NCBI GenBank assembly: GCA_016839765.1
Contig: JAEOTP010000061.1
Span: 1 to 54,797 of the forward strand
Reading direction: 5' to 3'
Length of the DNA: 54,797 nucleotides
From: Promethearchaeota archaeon
Lineage (GTDB): Archaea; Asgardarchaeota; Lokiarchaeia; Sigyniarchaeales; SOKP01
Position 1 is the first letter of the stretch. Each line of letters opens with the position of its first letter. A program made the translations under genes and the position numbers. The notes under the pieces are model-generated. The model searched no databases, was not told where the DNA came from, and saw only the letters and a program-made list of their open reading frames with translations. Positions 11,001 through 20,203 of this stretch are shown here, piece after piece.

Positions 11001-11526
11001 AGGTGCTATTACTATGAGTCATTTTGCAGATGAACAGATATATCCTATGATTAGCGAGGCTGTTCGAGGAGATTTTGTCGATGAAAGACCTCGTATTGTG
11101 GCATTCTTATGCAATTGGTGTAGTTATGCTGGAGCAGATACATGTGGTGTAAGTCGTTTCCAATATCCAACCAACATTAGACCTATAAGAGTAATGTGTA
11201 CAGGACGGATACCAAAACACTTCATCTTGCAGGCATTCTTAGAAGGTGCGGATGGTGTATTAGTAGGTGGATGCCATATTGGTGACTGCCATTATTTAGA
11301 AGGTAATTATGATATGCAAACGCGTTATAATGAACTTCATGAAATAATTGAAAAAGTAGGGATTAATCCTGATCGCTATAGGCTTGAATGGGTGTCTGCA
11401 AGTGAAGGTAAACGTTTCTCAGAGATAGTAACCGAATTTGTAAATAGGGTGAAACAACTTGGGCCATTAGCCAAAATTGGTGATAAGATTGAACCAAAAA
11501 AAGAAAAAGTGAAGGAGGAAGCATAA
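8029..11526 (+). CDS. hdrA: Heterodisulfide reductase subunit A-like flavoprotein: two tandem HdrA modules fused to a C-terminal MvhD domain
   Basis: Two GGGxxG FAD motifs, [25 protein letters not shown], inserted 2x[4Fe-4S], CSKFCC and CSLICC, internal HdrA N-domain [9 protein letters not shown], C-terminal ferredoxin, then MvhD [13 protein letters not shown]...RVMCTGR...GCHIGDCHY. Confidence 0.95.
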   Translation: [1165 protein letters not shown]

Positions 11527-11529
11527 AAA

Positions 11530-12063
11530 ATGTCTGAAATGATAAAGAAAAATGTAAATGATCTAGATTTAAACTTCCGTTATGAGATAGCTAAAAAAAT
11601 TGGTGCTAAATCGCTTTTAAAATGTATCCAATGTGGAGTATGTAGTTCTGGTTGTACTGTAACAGAATATGTCGATTTACAACCACATAGAGTAGTTGCA
11701 TCATGTCTTCTAGGTTTGAAAGAAGAAGTATTATCCAGTAAAGCAATTTGGACTTGTTCGTTATGCCATAGATGCACTGAAAGATGCCCAAAAAATGTAG
11801 ATTATTCTTTCATTTTAGCATTATTGCGAAATATGGCAGCAAGAGAGGGGAAAATTCCAAAGGAATATTCAAGCACAGTTGAAGTTATTTATGATAATGG
11901 ATTTGTAGTACCTTATACAGAAGGAATGAAGAAAAATATCGATAGAAGGCGAGAAAGAATGGGATTACCAGAAATTGTCCCCCCCAATCTTGATGATATA
12001 AGGTTTATAATAAACGAAACAGGATTAGGCGATCTTATAATAAAAAAGGAGGATGATAAATAA
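11530..12063 (+). CDS. hdrC: Heterodisulfide reductase subunit C
   Basis: CIQCGVCSSGC and CSLCHRCTERCP ferredoxin motifs; position between hdrA and hdrB. Confidence 0.92.
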   Translation: MSEMIKKNVNDLDLNFRYEIAKKIGAKSLLKCIQCGVCSSGCTVTEYVDLQPHRVVASCLLGLKEEVLSSKAIWTCSLCHRCTERCPKNVDYSFILALLRNMAAREGKIPKEYSSTVEVIYDNGFVVPYTEGMKKNIDRRRERMGLPEIVPPNLDDIRFIINETGLGDLIIKKEDDK

Positions 12064-12960
12064 ATGACGAAAAAAGGAAATAAATTCTCACTTTTCTTAG
12101 GATGTACAATACCACTAAAAATGCCCCAGCTAGAGAAAGCATTTAGAGATGTAGCAAGTATTTTAGGTGTTGAACTGAAAGAAATGGAGGGTGTTAGTTG
12201 CTGTCCAGAGCCAGTATCATTACAATCATTAAACATTGATACCTGGTTAACTTTAGGAGCAAGAAATCTTGCAATTGCTGAAAAGATGGGATTAGATGTT
12301 TTAACAATTTGTTCAGGATGTTATGAAACTTTAAAAACTGTGAGTGTTCTTCTGGGAGAGGATCCCGAGCATCTGAAGAAAATTAATGAAATCTTAAAGA
12401 AAATAAACTATGAATATACTGGAAAGATAACTGTTTACCATTTTGTAGAAATACTCACTCAACCAGAATGGCTTGAAAAAATGAAAAGCTTAACGATTAA
12501 ACCCCTTGATGATTTAAATCTTGCTGTGCATTATGGGTGCCATTTAATTCGACCTAGTAAAATAATGCGATTTGATCATCCAGAAAAACCCGAAAAAATT
12601 GACCTTATTCTTCAAACTCTTGGCGCAAAAACCATCGATTTTGCCAACAAATTAGAATGTTGTGGTTATTGTGCCCGTCTACAGGAAGAAATTGGCGAGA
12701 AACTTGTTGAAGATAAAATGACAGAATTATGTGAACTTGAAGAAGAAGTTGATGCCTTAATTGCAGTGTGTCCAGCTTGTGTAACCCAATATGACAGAAA
12801 AGAAAAGATAATTGCTCGTAGGACTGGAAAAGAATTAAATATCCCAGTATTATACCTACCTGAAATAATGGCAATTGCGTTAGGTGTAGCTTTAGAAGAC
12901 CTTAATCTTTCTACTAGAAGTGTGAAGCCTAATAAGTTGATTGAAAAATTAACAACCTAA
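12064..12960 (+). CDS. hdrB: Heterodisulfide reductase subunit B
   Basis: Two CCG domains: FLGC...SCCP...CSGC and HYGCH...ECCG...CPAC. Confidence 0.93.
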   Translation: MTKKGNKFSLFLGCTIPLKMPQLEKAFRDVASILGVELKEMEGVSCCPEPVSLQSLNIDTWLTLGARNLAIAEKMGLDVLTICSGCYETLKTVSVLLGEDPEHLKKINEILKKINYEYTGKITVYHFVEILTQPEWLEKMKSLTIKPLDDLNLAVHYGCHLIRPSKIMRFDHPEKPEKIDLILQTLGAKTIDFANKLECCGYCARLQEEIGEKLVEDKMTELCELEEEVDALIAVCPACVTQYDRKEKIIARRTGKELNIPVLYLPEIMAIALGVALEDLNLSTRSVKPNKLIEKLTT

Positions 12961-13046
12961 ATATGAGAGCTTTTTTGATATGTAAAATAAAGTGAAAATA
13001 TTTATGAAAATCTAAAAAGAAAAGAAAAAATTTGGAGTTTTGAAAA

Positions 13047-13745
13047 ATGATTATAACCCAATTAAAAGATATTGAAGAAATTTATGGATACATAGAACCA
13101 TACAACAAAATCCTCATAGCAGGCTGCGATGGATGCTGTCAACCACCCAGAAGTGTGAATGAGGCAAAATTGCTCGGACAACTCTTAGAACTAAAAGCAA
13201 GAACTAAGGGAAAAGATCTAAAGTGGAAAGCCATTACTGTTTTAAGACAATGTGATGATAGAATTGCTGCGACAACAGTAAGGCCTTTAGTAGAAGATTA
13301 TGAAGCGATTCTAACATTAGCTTGCGGATTAGGTGTTGTTATGATGAATAAAGTTTTACCGCAGAAATTAACCTTCCCAACTCAAAATAGTATGTTTGGG
13401 GGTGCACAGAGTAATGGAGAAAATAACTTTATTGAGCTATGTGAAACATGTGGAGATTGTATCATTGGAGAAACTGGCGGTGTATGTCCCCGTGCAGGTT
13501 GCGCTAAACATTTAAGTAACGGACCTTGCGGAGGGATGGTTGATGGCATGTGTGAAGTAAGAGGATATACTGTACCATGTGCATGGGTTGAAATTTGGAA
13601 GAGATTAAAGGAATTCAATAGATTAGATTTGTTTAAAAAATATAGAGGCCCAAGGGATTACAGAACTTCTACAAGTCCAGGATATTTGGAGGTTTATAAA
13701 GAATATACGAATATAGAAGAAGAAAAAGAGGAGGTGAAGGGCTAA
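13047..13745 (+). CDS. metV: Methylene-THF reductase Fe-S subunit MetV (copy 1)
   Basis: GCDGC, RQCD, LACGLG and C-terminal CETCGDC...GGVCP...CAKHLSNGPCGG...CEV...CAW; directly upstream of metF. Confidence 0.9.
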   Translation: MIITQLKDIEEIYGYIEPYNKILIAGCDGCCQPPRSVNEAKLLGQLLELKARTKGKDLKWKAITVLRQCDDRIAATTVRPLVEDYEAILTLACGLGVVMMNKVLPQKLTFPTQNSMFGGAQSNGENNFIELCETCGDCIIGETGGVCPRAGCAKHLSNGPCGGMVDGMCEVRGYTVPCAWVEIWKRLKEFNRLDLFKKYRGPRDYRTSTSPGYLEVYKEYTNIEEEKEEVKG

Positions 13746-14684
13746 ATGGGAAAAAGACCAGCATATAGTAATTTATGTAAAGCAATTGAGGCAGGAAAAT
13801 TTGTCATCACAGGAGAGCTTGAACCGAAAAAGATTTTAGATCTAAGTGAAATTCTGCATGGTGCTGAAGAAATGAAGAAGACCGGTAAAATTGTTGCCGC
13901 AAATGTTACTGATGGTCCACAAGGAGATGCCTACATGTGTTCATTAGTACCAAGCTACCTGGTACAAGAAAAAGTAGGTCTTGAGGCAGTTTGGCAAGTC
14001 ACTGTAAGAGATCGTAATCGAGTGGCACTCTTCGGAGATATTATTGCTGGAGCAGTTTTAGGCTTGAAGAATATCCTAACTCTCACAGGAGATCATACAG
14101 CGCTTGGAGATCACAAAAAAGGGAGACCTGTTTATGATATAGATAGTACTCAGTTTTGTGAAATGCTTTCGATTATGATTGATGAAGGAACTGATTATGA
14201 AGGAAATAAACTTGAGGGTGGAAAGATTGAAATGAATTATGGATGTGTTGCTAACCCAAACAGTAACCCACGTGAACCAGAGATCCTTAAAGTTGGCCGT
14301 AAAGTAGAACAAAATGTTGACTTTATTCAAACACAAACAGCATTTGATATTGATGAAGCTAAGGATTTTCTTAAAGATCTGGAGCAATTCAATGTTCCAG
14401 TGCTTTTAGGAATCTTTCCTCTGAAATCTTATGGAATTGCTTGGTATTTTGATAATTATATACCTGGGGTTTCAGTTCCAAAAGACCTTCTTAAAGCACT
14501 TAAGAAAGCAGAAAAGGATAATAAGGGTAATAAACCAGCTAAATATGCGGCACTCGATAAGATAAATATTGAATTCTTTGAACCATTTATCAAGGAGATC
14601 AAGAAAAGTACTAAAGCAGCGGGTATTCATTGCATGGCTGTTGAATATGAAAGATTATTCGATCCATTATTAAAAGATTTCTAG
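13746..14684 (+). CDS. metF: Methylene-THF reductase flavoprotein MetF (copy 1)
   Basis: TGELEPKK, ANVTD, QVTVRDRNR, LTGDH, FIQTQ, GIHCM motifs of the MTHFR barrel. Confidence 0.9.
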   Translation: MGKRPAYSNLCKAIEAGKFVITGELEPKKILDLSEILHGAEEMKKTGKIVAANVTDGPQGDAYMCSLVPSYLVQEKVGLEAVWQVTVRDRNRVALFGDIIAGAVLGLKNILTLTGDHTALGDHKKGRPVYDIDSTQFCEMLSIMIDEGTDYEGNKLEGGKIEMNYGCVANPNSNPREPEILKVGRKVEQNVDFIQTQTAFDIDEAKDFLKDLEQFNVPVLLGIFPLKSYGIAWYFDNYIPGVSVPKDLLKALKKAEKDNKGNKPAKYAALDKINIEFFEPFIKEIKKSTKAAGIHCMAVEYERLFDPLLKDF

Positions 14685-14785
14685 GAATGGGTGAATCTAC
14701 AATATAAAATCAATTTTTTTATAATTAACACGTATATTTTTTTTGAAAAATAAGTTAAGAAGGAATAATATATAATAGAAAATGA

Positions 14786-15238
14786 TTGAATATGAAAAAT
14801 TTAGATGAAAAGGATAAAAGAATATTGGAAATGCTAATTGAAGATTCTAGAAGACCTTATCATGAAATTGGAACGGAAGTTGAACTCTCAGAATCAACTG
14901 TTCGTAAAAGAGTAATACGATTGCAAGAAGATGGTGTAATAGAGAAATTTACTATTAAGGTTTGCAGAGAAGAAGAGCGTTGCATATATGCATTTATAAC
15001 CTTGCTACCTAAAAATCAGTCTGAAATAAAAGAATTAATAAGAGAAACCCAGATATTACCTCAATGCGAGGAAGTATATTTTTTAGCGGGAGAATGTGGA
15101 ATTTTAGTAAAAGTCAATGTCCCAGAAATAACAGAACTTGACGCTTTTATAGAAAATTTTCGGGGTAGAAGTGATGTTAAAAGTGTTGAAAGAGTTTGTG
15201 TTGTATTGAAAAATATTAAAGAGCTTGAGAAATCTTAA
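14786..15238 (+). CDS. Lrp/AsnC family transcriptional regulator
   Basis: LDEKDKRILEML..DSR.PY.EIG..V.LSESTVRKRV.RL...GVIEKFT HTH plus RAM domain; start may be ATG 14792. Confidence 0.92.
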   Translation: MNMKNLDEKDKRILEMLIEDSRRPYHEIGTEVELSESTVRKRVIRLQEDGVIEKFTIKVCREEERCIYAFITLLPKNQSEIKELIRETQILPQCEEVYFLAGECGILVKVNVPEITELDAFIENFRGRSDVKSVERVCVVLKNIKELEKS

Positions 15239-15504
15239 AGATTTAGTAATTCCAAATAGTATTATCCTATTAAAAAACCTCGAATTTTTAATTGAAATTA
15301 TTCCTGGTTCTATTTATTATGGTATCATTTGATTAATTTGAAATTTCAGATAACCAATTTCTACGATAATAATTTTAAAATTAATTAAGTAAACTATATA
15401 TTCGATATCAATAATTTTTTCAAATATAAAAATCAAAATAAAAAAAAAATCTCTAGTCTTAATAAGTAATAATCTCTACGAATTTGGTTTAAAAGGTGGT
15501 TGAC

Positions 15505-16620
15505 ATGAAGGATTTACATGATTCTAAGAGGAACTATTATTTCCAAGTAGACCTCTTAAAAGCTATAATAATAATTTTTGTTATTTCTGAGCATGCGCTA
15601 GTTAGACTTCCGACAGAAATAAGAGAAGCGATGGCTGTTTATTTGTGGCAAAGACTTTCAATCCCCTTTTTTGTGGTTATTTTGGGATTTAATATGGGTT
15701 TGTCCTTTAAAAGAACCGGAAAATCATCTTTAAAAGAACTTTATTCATGGCATTATTTCAAGAAAAAATTTTGGAGATATGTTTTTCCTTATCTCATATT
15801 ATATGTCATATCGACAATTGCTGGTTTAATAATCTATGGTTCGTTTGAAAACATTGTTTTAAATCAATTATACCCTATTATGGACGAAAGACATCTTTAC
15901 ATGGGTATTACTCCTTTTTGGGGGCCAGGAGTATGGTTTATTCCTTTTCTTTTCCAAACAATATTATTAATGCCAATTATTTATAAAGGATTCTCCGGAA
16001 GAACTAACTGGGCTTTATTCACCCTGACTTTATGTATTCTCATTAATTTTATTACTAGTCTATTTATGTTTTCCTTTGCGATGGATTGGCATACCATGGT
16101 TTTCTATTATATGACTATATTTATGTATATTGGTGGTATTGGATTGGGAATGTGGTTTTCTAGAAATCATAAACTATTTAGTTTGCATAATTTATTTATG
16201 TGGATTGTGTTTCCGTTATGTGCCTACTATATATATCTTTTTCAATTCCATGATTATGAAATTGAGTATTTGAGAAGTGATTATAACATTATTTTTTATA
16301 CCTATGCAGCTTTCCTATTTCTAATTGTAATGTTAATCTTTCCAAGTAATCCAAAGAATAAATTCGCGAAAGGCATAGCGTGGATTGGCAAGTCATCATA
16401 TCATATTCTCTTAGTACAAATTTTCTATTTCGGCTTAATGAAAGCGTTCACTGGAAACTTTGCATGTATTCTTCCAGACCCGTATCAAACCTCTGATCTA
16501 ATATTCTGTATATTTTATGATATCATTGCCATAATCATATGTGTTGTTATTGGCGTATTATGGTGTTTTACAGAAACAAAAATTAGAAACTATCGACTAA
16601 GTAGAAAACAAGCTAAATGA
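15505..16620 (+). CDS. Acyltransferase-3 family membrane O-acyltransferase
   Basis: QVDLLKA..IIFVISEH, IPFFVVILG, GVWFI, IGKSSYHILLVQ; about 10 TM helices; AGGTGG RBS before ATG 15505. Confidence 0.85.
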   Translation: MKDLHDSKRNYYFQVDLLKAIIIIFVISEHALVRLPTEIREAMAVYLWQRLSIPFFVVILGFNMGLSFKRTGKSSLKELYSWHYFKKKFWRYVFPYLILYVISTIAGLIIYGSFENIVLNQLYPIMDERHLYMGITPFWGPGVWFIPFLFQTILLMPIIYKGFSGRTNWALFTLTLCILINFITSLFMFSFAMDWHTMVFYYMTIFMYIGGIGLGMWFSRNHKLFSLHNLFMWIVFPLCAYYIYLFQFHDYEIEYLRSDYNIIFYTYAAFLFLIVMLIFPSNPKNKFAKGIAWIGKSSYHILLVQIFYFGLMKAFTGNFACILPDPYQTSDLIFCIFYDIIAIIICVVIGVLWCFTETKIRNYRLSRKQAK

Positions 16621-16659
16621 TTAAGAATTAGGCAAACTTGAAAAATTTTCAAATTCAGT

Positions 16660-17682
16660 TTAACTCTTATAATAAAATTTTCCATCTTTTTCAATTTTTT
16701 GAACTTTTCCCTCATTTTCCAGATAAATCAAATGTCCTAACACTTCACTTAATGCCATATATAAATTAATTTCATCTAAATCTTTCCCAAAATGTATCTG
16801 TGAGATTTCTAATGGTGTTTTTGGTATATTTTTAATTACTCTTGATATCTCTGATAATCTATTCTTGTGATGTTCCTTTATCGCTAAAATTCGTTCGTGA
16901 GGGTTAAAAATAATTTCTTGGTGAGCTGGAAAAATGATTTCTGCGTTTAACTCATCAATTCGATCTAATGATTTTAGATAATGATGTAAAATATTGGCGA
17001 AATTATAGCCTGCATACTTTTCAGACAAAGTAGTAGGTACAATAAAATTGCCAATATGAGGAGTTATCCGAGAGAGGATATGATCACCAGAAAAAAGATA
17101 CTTTTTTTCCTTGTTAAAAATACATATATGACCAAAACTATGACCCGGTGTCCAAATAATCTCTAAATCATTTAATATTGTATCACCATCATGCACAATC
17201 ATATCAGGTTTTTGATATCGCAAGTATCTTGGCCAGAATGTAAAGAATTGCACAATTCTTTTTCCATCATCAGCATTAAGTCCATATTTTATCATCAGAT
17301 TAGCGACTTTCTTAGCTTGTTGTTTCAATTCTCCAAGATTTTCATCATCAGTTTCCCATTGTAGAATTTGATGTGTGATATCATTCATTATTATCTTAAT
17401 ATTCTTATTTTTTCGCTTAAGAGTTCTCACCAATCCAATATGATCTAAATGCATATGTGTAATTAAGCAATAATCTATATCCTGAATACTATAGCCAAGA
17501 TCATTAAGAGTTGAGAAGAAAATTTTACTCCAATTTCCCATATTCAGTCCAGAATCTATGAGGACCTTCTGATCATCAATCTCAAAAAGGTAAAGACATA
17601 CAAATTTGACGGCAAAGGGAACATCGATCCTTATTTGGTATACATCTTGTATTTGACTTACCTTAGATTTAAAATTGTACAA
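16660..17682 (-). CDS. MBL-fold metallo-hydrolase with C-terminal winged helix
   Basis: THMHLDHIG, TPGHSFGH, FSGDH, FPAH metal-binding motifs. Confidence 0.92.
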   Translation of the reverse strand: MYNFKSKVSQIQDVYQIRIDVPFAVKFVCLYLFEIDDQKVLIDSGLNMGNWSKIFFSTLNDLGYSIQDIDYCLITHMHLDHIGLVRTLKRKNKNIKIIMNDITHQILQWETDDENLGELKQQAKKVANLMIKYGLNADDGKRIVQFFTFWPRYLRYQKPDMIVHDGDTILNDLEIIWTPGHSFGHICIFNKEKKYLFSGDHILSRITPHIGNFIVPTTLSEKYAGYNFANILHHYLKSLDRIDELNAEIIFPAHQEIIFNPHERILAIKEHHKNRLSEISRVIKNIPKTPLEISQIHFGKDLDEINLYMALSEVLGHLIYLENEGKVQKIEKDGKFYYKS

Positions 17683-17825
17683 TCTATACGCCTGAATGTT
17701 TTATATAATTTTTAATAAGAAAAAGCTACAAAATTTTTTTATTTTCCGAAAAATAAATTAGATTTGGTTTCTATAGAAAAAAAAGTATAAGAATATGATA
17801 TTTGAAAGTATTTTATTAAACTAAT

Positions 17826-18530
17826 TTAGGTTTTTAAACCGTAATACATAAGCCAAAAGCTGCTTGAAAATCCAATTCTCACGAATATCACCCATATATC
17901 TGGTTCAAATAATCCTTCTATTAACCCAAAAACACAGAAAAATATTGAACCCATAGATAACAGAAAAAATTTAGTTTTTAAAATACCACTTGATTGAAAA
18001 CTTTTGACTAAAAATCCAATTCCAAGCAAAACTATTATGGTAAGTAGAAAGATTGCCATTAGAATACCTGCTATAGAAAAAGTTTGTACGCTATAATTAA
18101 TTAGAAGTTGTCCTGGAGAAGGCGGGTCTTGAAATTTAAATGCACTAAACGGATCTATAAAAATTAAAATTTCGAATATTATGCTCAGAATTATAAAGAT
18201 TATTACAACATACCACTTTGCTTTGGGTATTAAAAGTTCCGCACCAATATATATTGCTGTGATGATTGCAGGGGCAAGCCATATATAACTCAAAATTCCA
18301 ACAATCCCGGAAGTATTATCCATATTAATTGTTGTTATTAGCACAAATAAAAAGTCTATAAATACTCCTAAAAACGTCAATCCTGCAAAAAGATTTGCCA
18401 AACCTAAATAGTTTAAAATCTTAGCATTAGTTTTTCTTGCTTTGTATATAAAAAATAAACCAAAAACTATGCCAAAGATAACTACTCCAGATGCAGTAAT
18501 CCCATCAATCCATCCCAATGGATCAAGCAA
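17826..18530 (-). CDS. Seven-TM membrane protein of unknown function
   Basis: About 7 hydrophobic segments; AGGTGA RBS before a TTG start. Confidence 0.7.
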   Translation of the reverse strand: MLDPLGWIDGITASGVVIFGIVFGLFFIYKARKTNAKILNYLGLANLFAGLTFLGVFIDFLFVLITTINMDNTSGIVGILSYIWLAPAIITAIYIGAELLIPKAKWYVVIIFIILSIIFEILIFIDPFSAFKFQDPPSPGQLLINYSVQTFSIAGILMAIFLLTIIVLLGIGFLVKSFQSSGILKTKFFLLSMGSIFFCVFGLIEGLFEPDIWVIFVRIGFSSSFWLMYYGLKT

Positions 18531-18697
18531 ACCATTCTCACCTTATGATATAGTGATCATTTATTTATTCAATTATGTAAATTAAAAATGTTAATAATAT
18601 TAAACTCAACCCAGTTTATAAATAAATAGATTACAATATATTGAAGTATTAACATTAAAATATTTATTTAATCAGCCCATAAGGTTATCGATAAGTA

Positions 18698-19312
18698 GTG
18701 TTTGAATTAGAAAATCTTATCAGACTTTCAAAAGAATATATTGAACCAGCAAGTATGGTTTTATCGAGAGCCTTTTTTAATGACCCTATAGTTTGCTGGC
18801 AAATTCCTGATGAGTCTAAAAGAAAAGCCAAACTTCATTATATTTGGAAGATGATTTTGAAAATTTGGATAAAATTAGGAGAAGTATATACCACATCAGA
18901 AAATTTGGAAGGAATTGCTGTATGGCATCCTCCAGAAATGGTAAATATCTCTTATCGGAAATACATTTTAAATGGTGGTTTTATTCTTCCTTTTAGATTT
19001 GGAATTAAATCTACAAAAAAATTAATGTATGTCCAAGATGTGAATGTATCAATGCGTAATCATCTTATCAAAACTCCACACTGGTATTTGGGACCAATAG
19101 GTGTTGACCCAAAATATCAAGGGAAAGGTTTTGCAAGCAAGTTAATAAAACCCATGCTAAAACGTATCTTTTGGGAAAATCTGCCTATTTTGTTAGAAAC
19201 AAATTCTAGAAAAAATGTTTATATTTATGAACATTTTGGATTTGATGTATTTGAAGAAATTATCATTCCAAAAACGAATTTTATTAGTTGGATTATGATA
19301 AAAAGTGATTAA
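18698..19312 (+). CDS. GNAT family N-acetyltransferase
   Basis: AF.NDP, WYLGPIGVDPKYQGKGFAS (motif A), LET...N...YEHFGF. Confidence 0.92.
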   Translation: MFELENLIRLSKEYIEPASMVLSRAFFNDPIVCWQIPDESKRKAKLHYIWKMILKIWIKLGEVYTTSENLEGIAVWHPPEMVNISYRKYILNGGFILPFRFGIKSTKKLMYVQDVNVSMRNHLIKTPHWYLGPIGVDPKYQGKGFASKLIKPMLKRIFWENLPILLETNSRKNVYIYEHFGFDVFEEIIIPKTNFISWIMIKSD

Positions 19313-19416
19313 AGGAGGTAATAGAGCCCTATTACTTTTGATCTTGTTTTTCATCATGTTCAAAAAAAAGAGCCTTAAATCTGTTAATATAAAAAAATAA
19401 AAAATAAATTTTTAAA

Positions 19417-20202
19417 TTAAAATTTAGTTTTCTTCTGGAATAAAATGATACCAATGACTATAAAAGCGAGGGTAAAAGCACAGATAATTAAAAGTCCACC
19501 CCATATCGGTATTGGAATTGGTTCAGCAGTTCCTGTCGGGCCAAATAATGAACTACTATACAAAGGATCAAGTAATCCATCTCCCAATACCGTTATTTGA
19601 AGATAAATTTGCTTAGCCCAGTAAGGAGGAGTGAAAAACACAATAGAACTTTCAAATGGCCATAAGCTTCCTGAAAGAAATAAAATCGGCATGTAATAGA
19701 ATAATGCGATTGCGTTTGCAATTTCGGGAGTTTTTGCCAATCCTGAGATAATAATACCAATTCCAACAGATGAAATACCGAATAAAACCGCAATGAAGAA
19801 ACCGATAAATAATTCAAAGATGCCTTTATATTCGATTTGGAGCACACCATATCCAAGTATGAACATGATGAGAATCTGAAGCGAAATCATAAAAGTTTCA
19901 GACAACAGAGCTCCTAAAAATAGATTTTTTCTTCCTGTGGGCATTGTATCTAATCGTTCAAGCATGCCAGATGTTTTATCTACAGCAAATGATATAGCTG
20001 CACTTGTTGTACCTGCTGCTGTTGTATATATTACCATTCCCGGAAAACTATATTGAAATATGTCACGACCAAGAAAAAAGTAAAACATTAATGTAAACAT
20101 AACTGCAAAGCCTAGAGTAAAAACCATGTATTGCCAATGACGTAACTTATCTTTAATATTTTTGATCGATATTTGGATAGCATTATTTTCTAAAAAGTTC
20201 AT
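19417..20202 (-). CDS. ABC-2 type exporter permease
   Basis: Six TM helices, FPGM, SGMLERL.TMP, LSGSLWP; directly downstream of the ABC ATPase. Confidence 0.9.
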   Translation of the reverse strand: MNFLENNAIQISIKNIKDKLRHWQYMVFTLGFAVMFTLMFYFFLGRDIFQYSFPGMVIYTTAAGTTSAAISFAVDKTSGMLERLDTMPTGRKNLFLGALLSETFMISLQILIMFILGYGVLQIEYKGIFELFIGFFIAVLFGISSVGIGIIISGLAKTPEIANAIALFYYMPILFLSGSLWPFESSIVFFTPPYWAKQIYLQITVLGDGLLDPLYSSSLFGPTGTAEPIPIPIWGGLLIICAFTLAFIVIGIILFQKKTKF

Positions 20203-20203
20203 T

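Noticed and set aside
8180-11300. Selenocysteine in HdrA or MvhD
   Set aside because: The ORF is uninterrupted, and the usual Sec positions are Cys codons ([23 protein letters not shown])
12961-12982. SECIS-like AUGA...GA hairpin after hdrB
   Set aside because: The stem is far too short for a SECIS helix II and there is no in-frame UGA in the coding regions to recode
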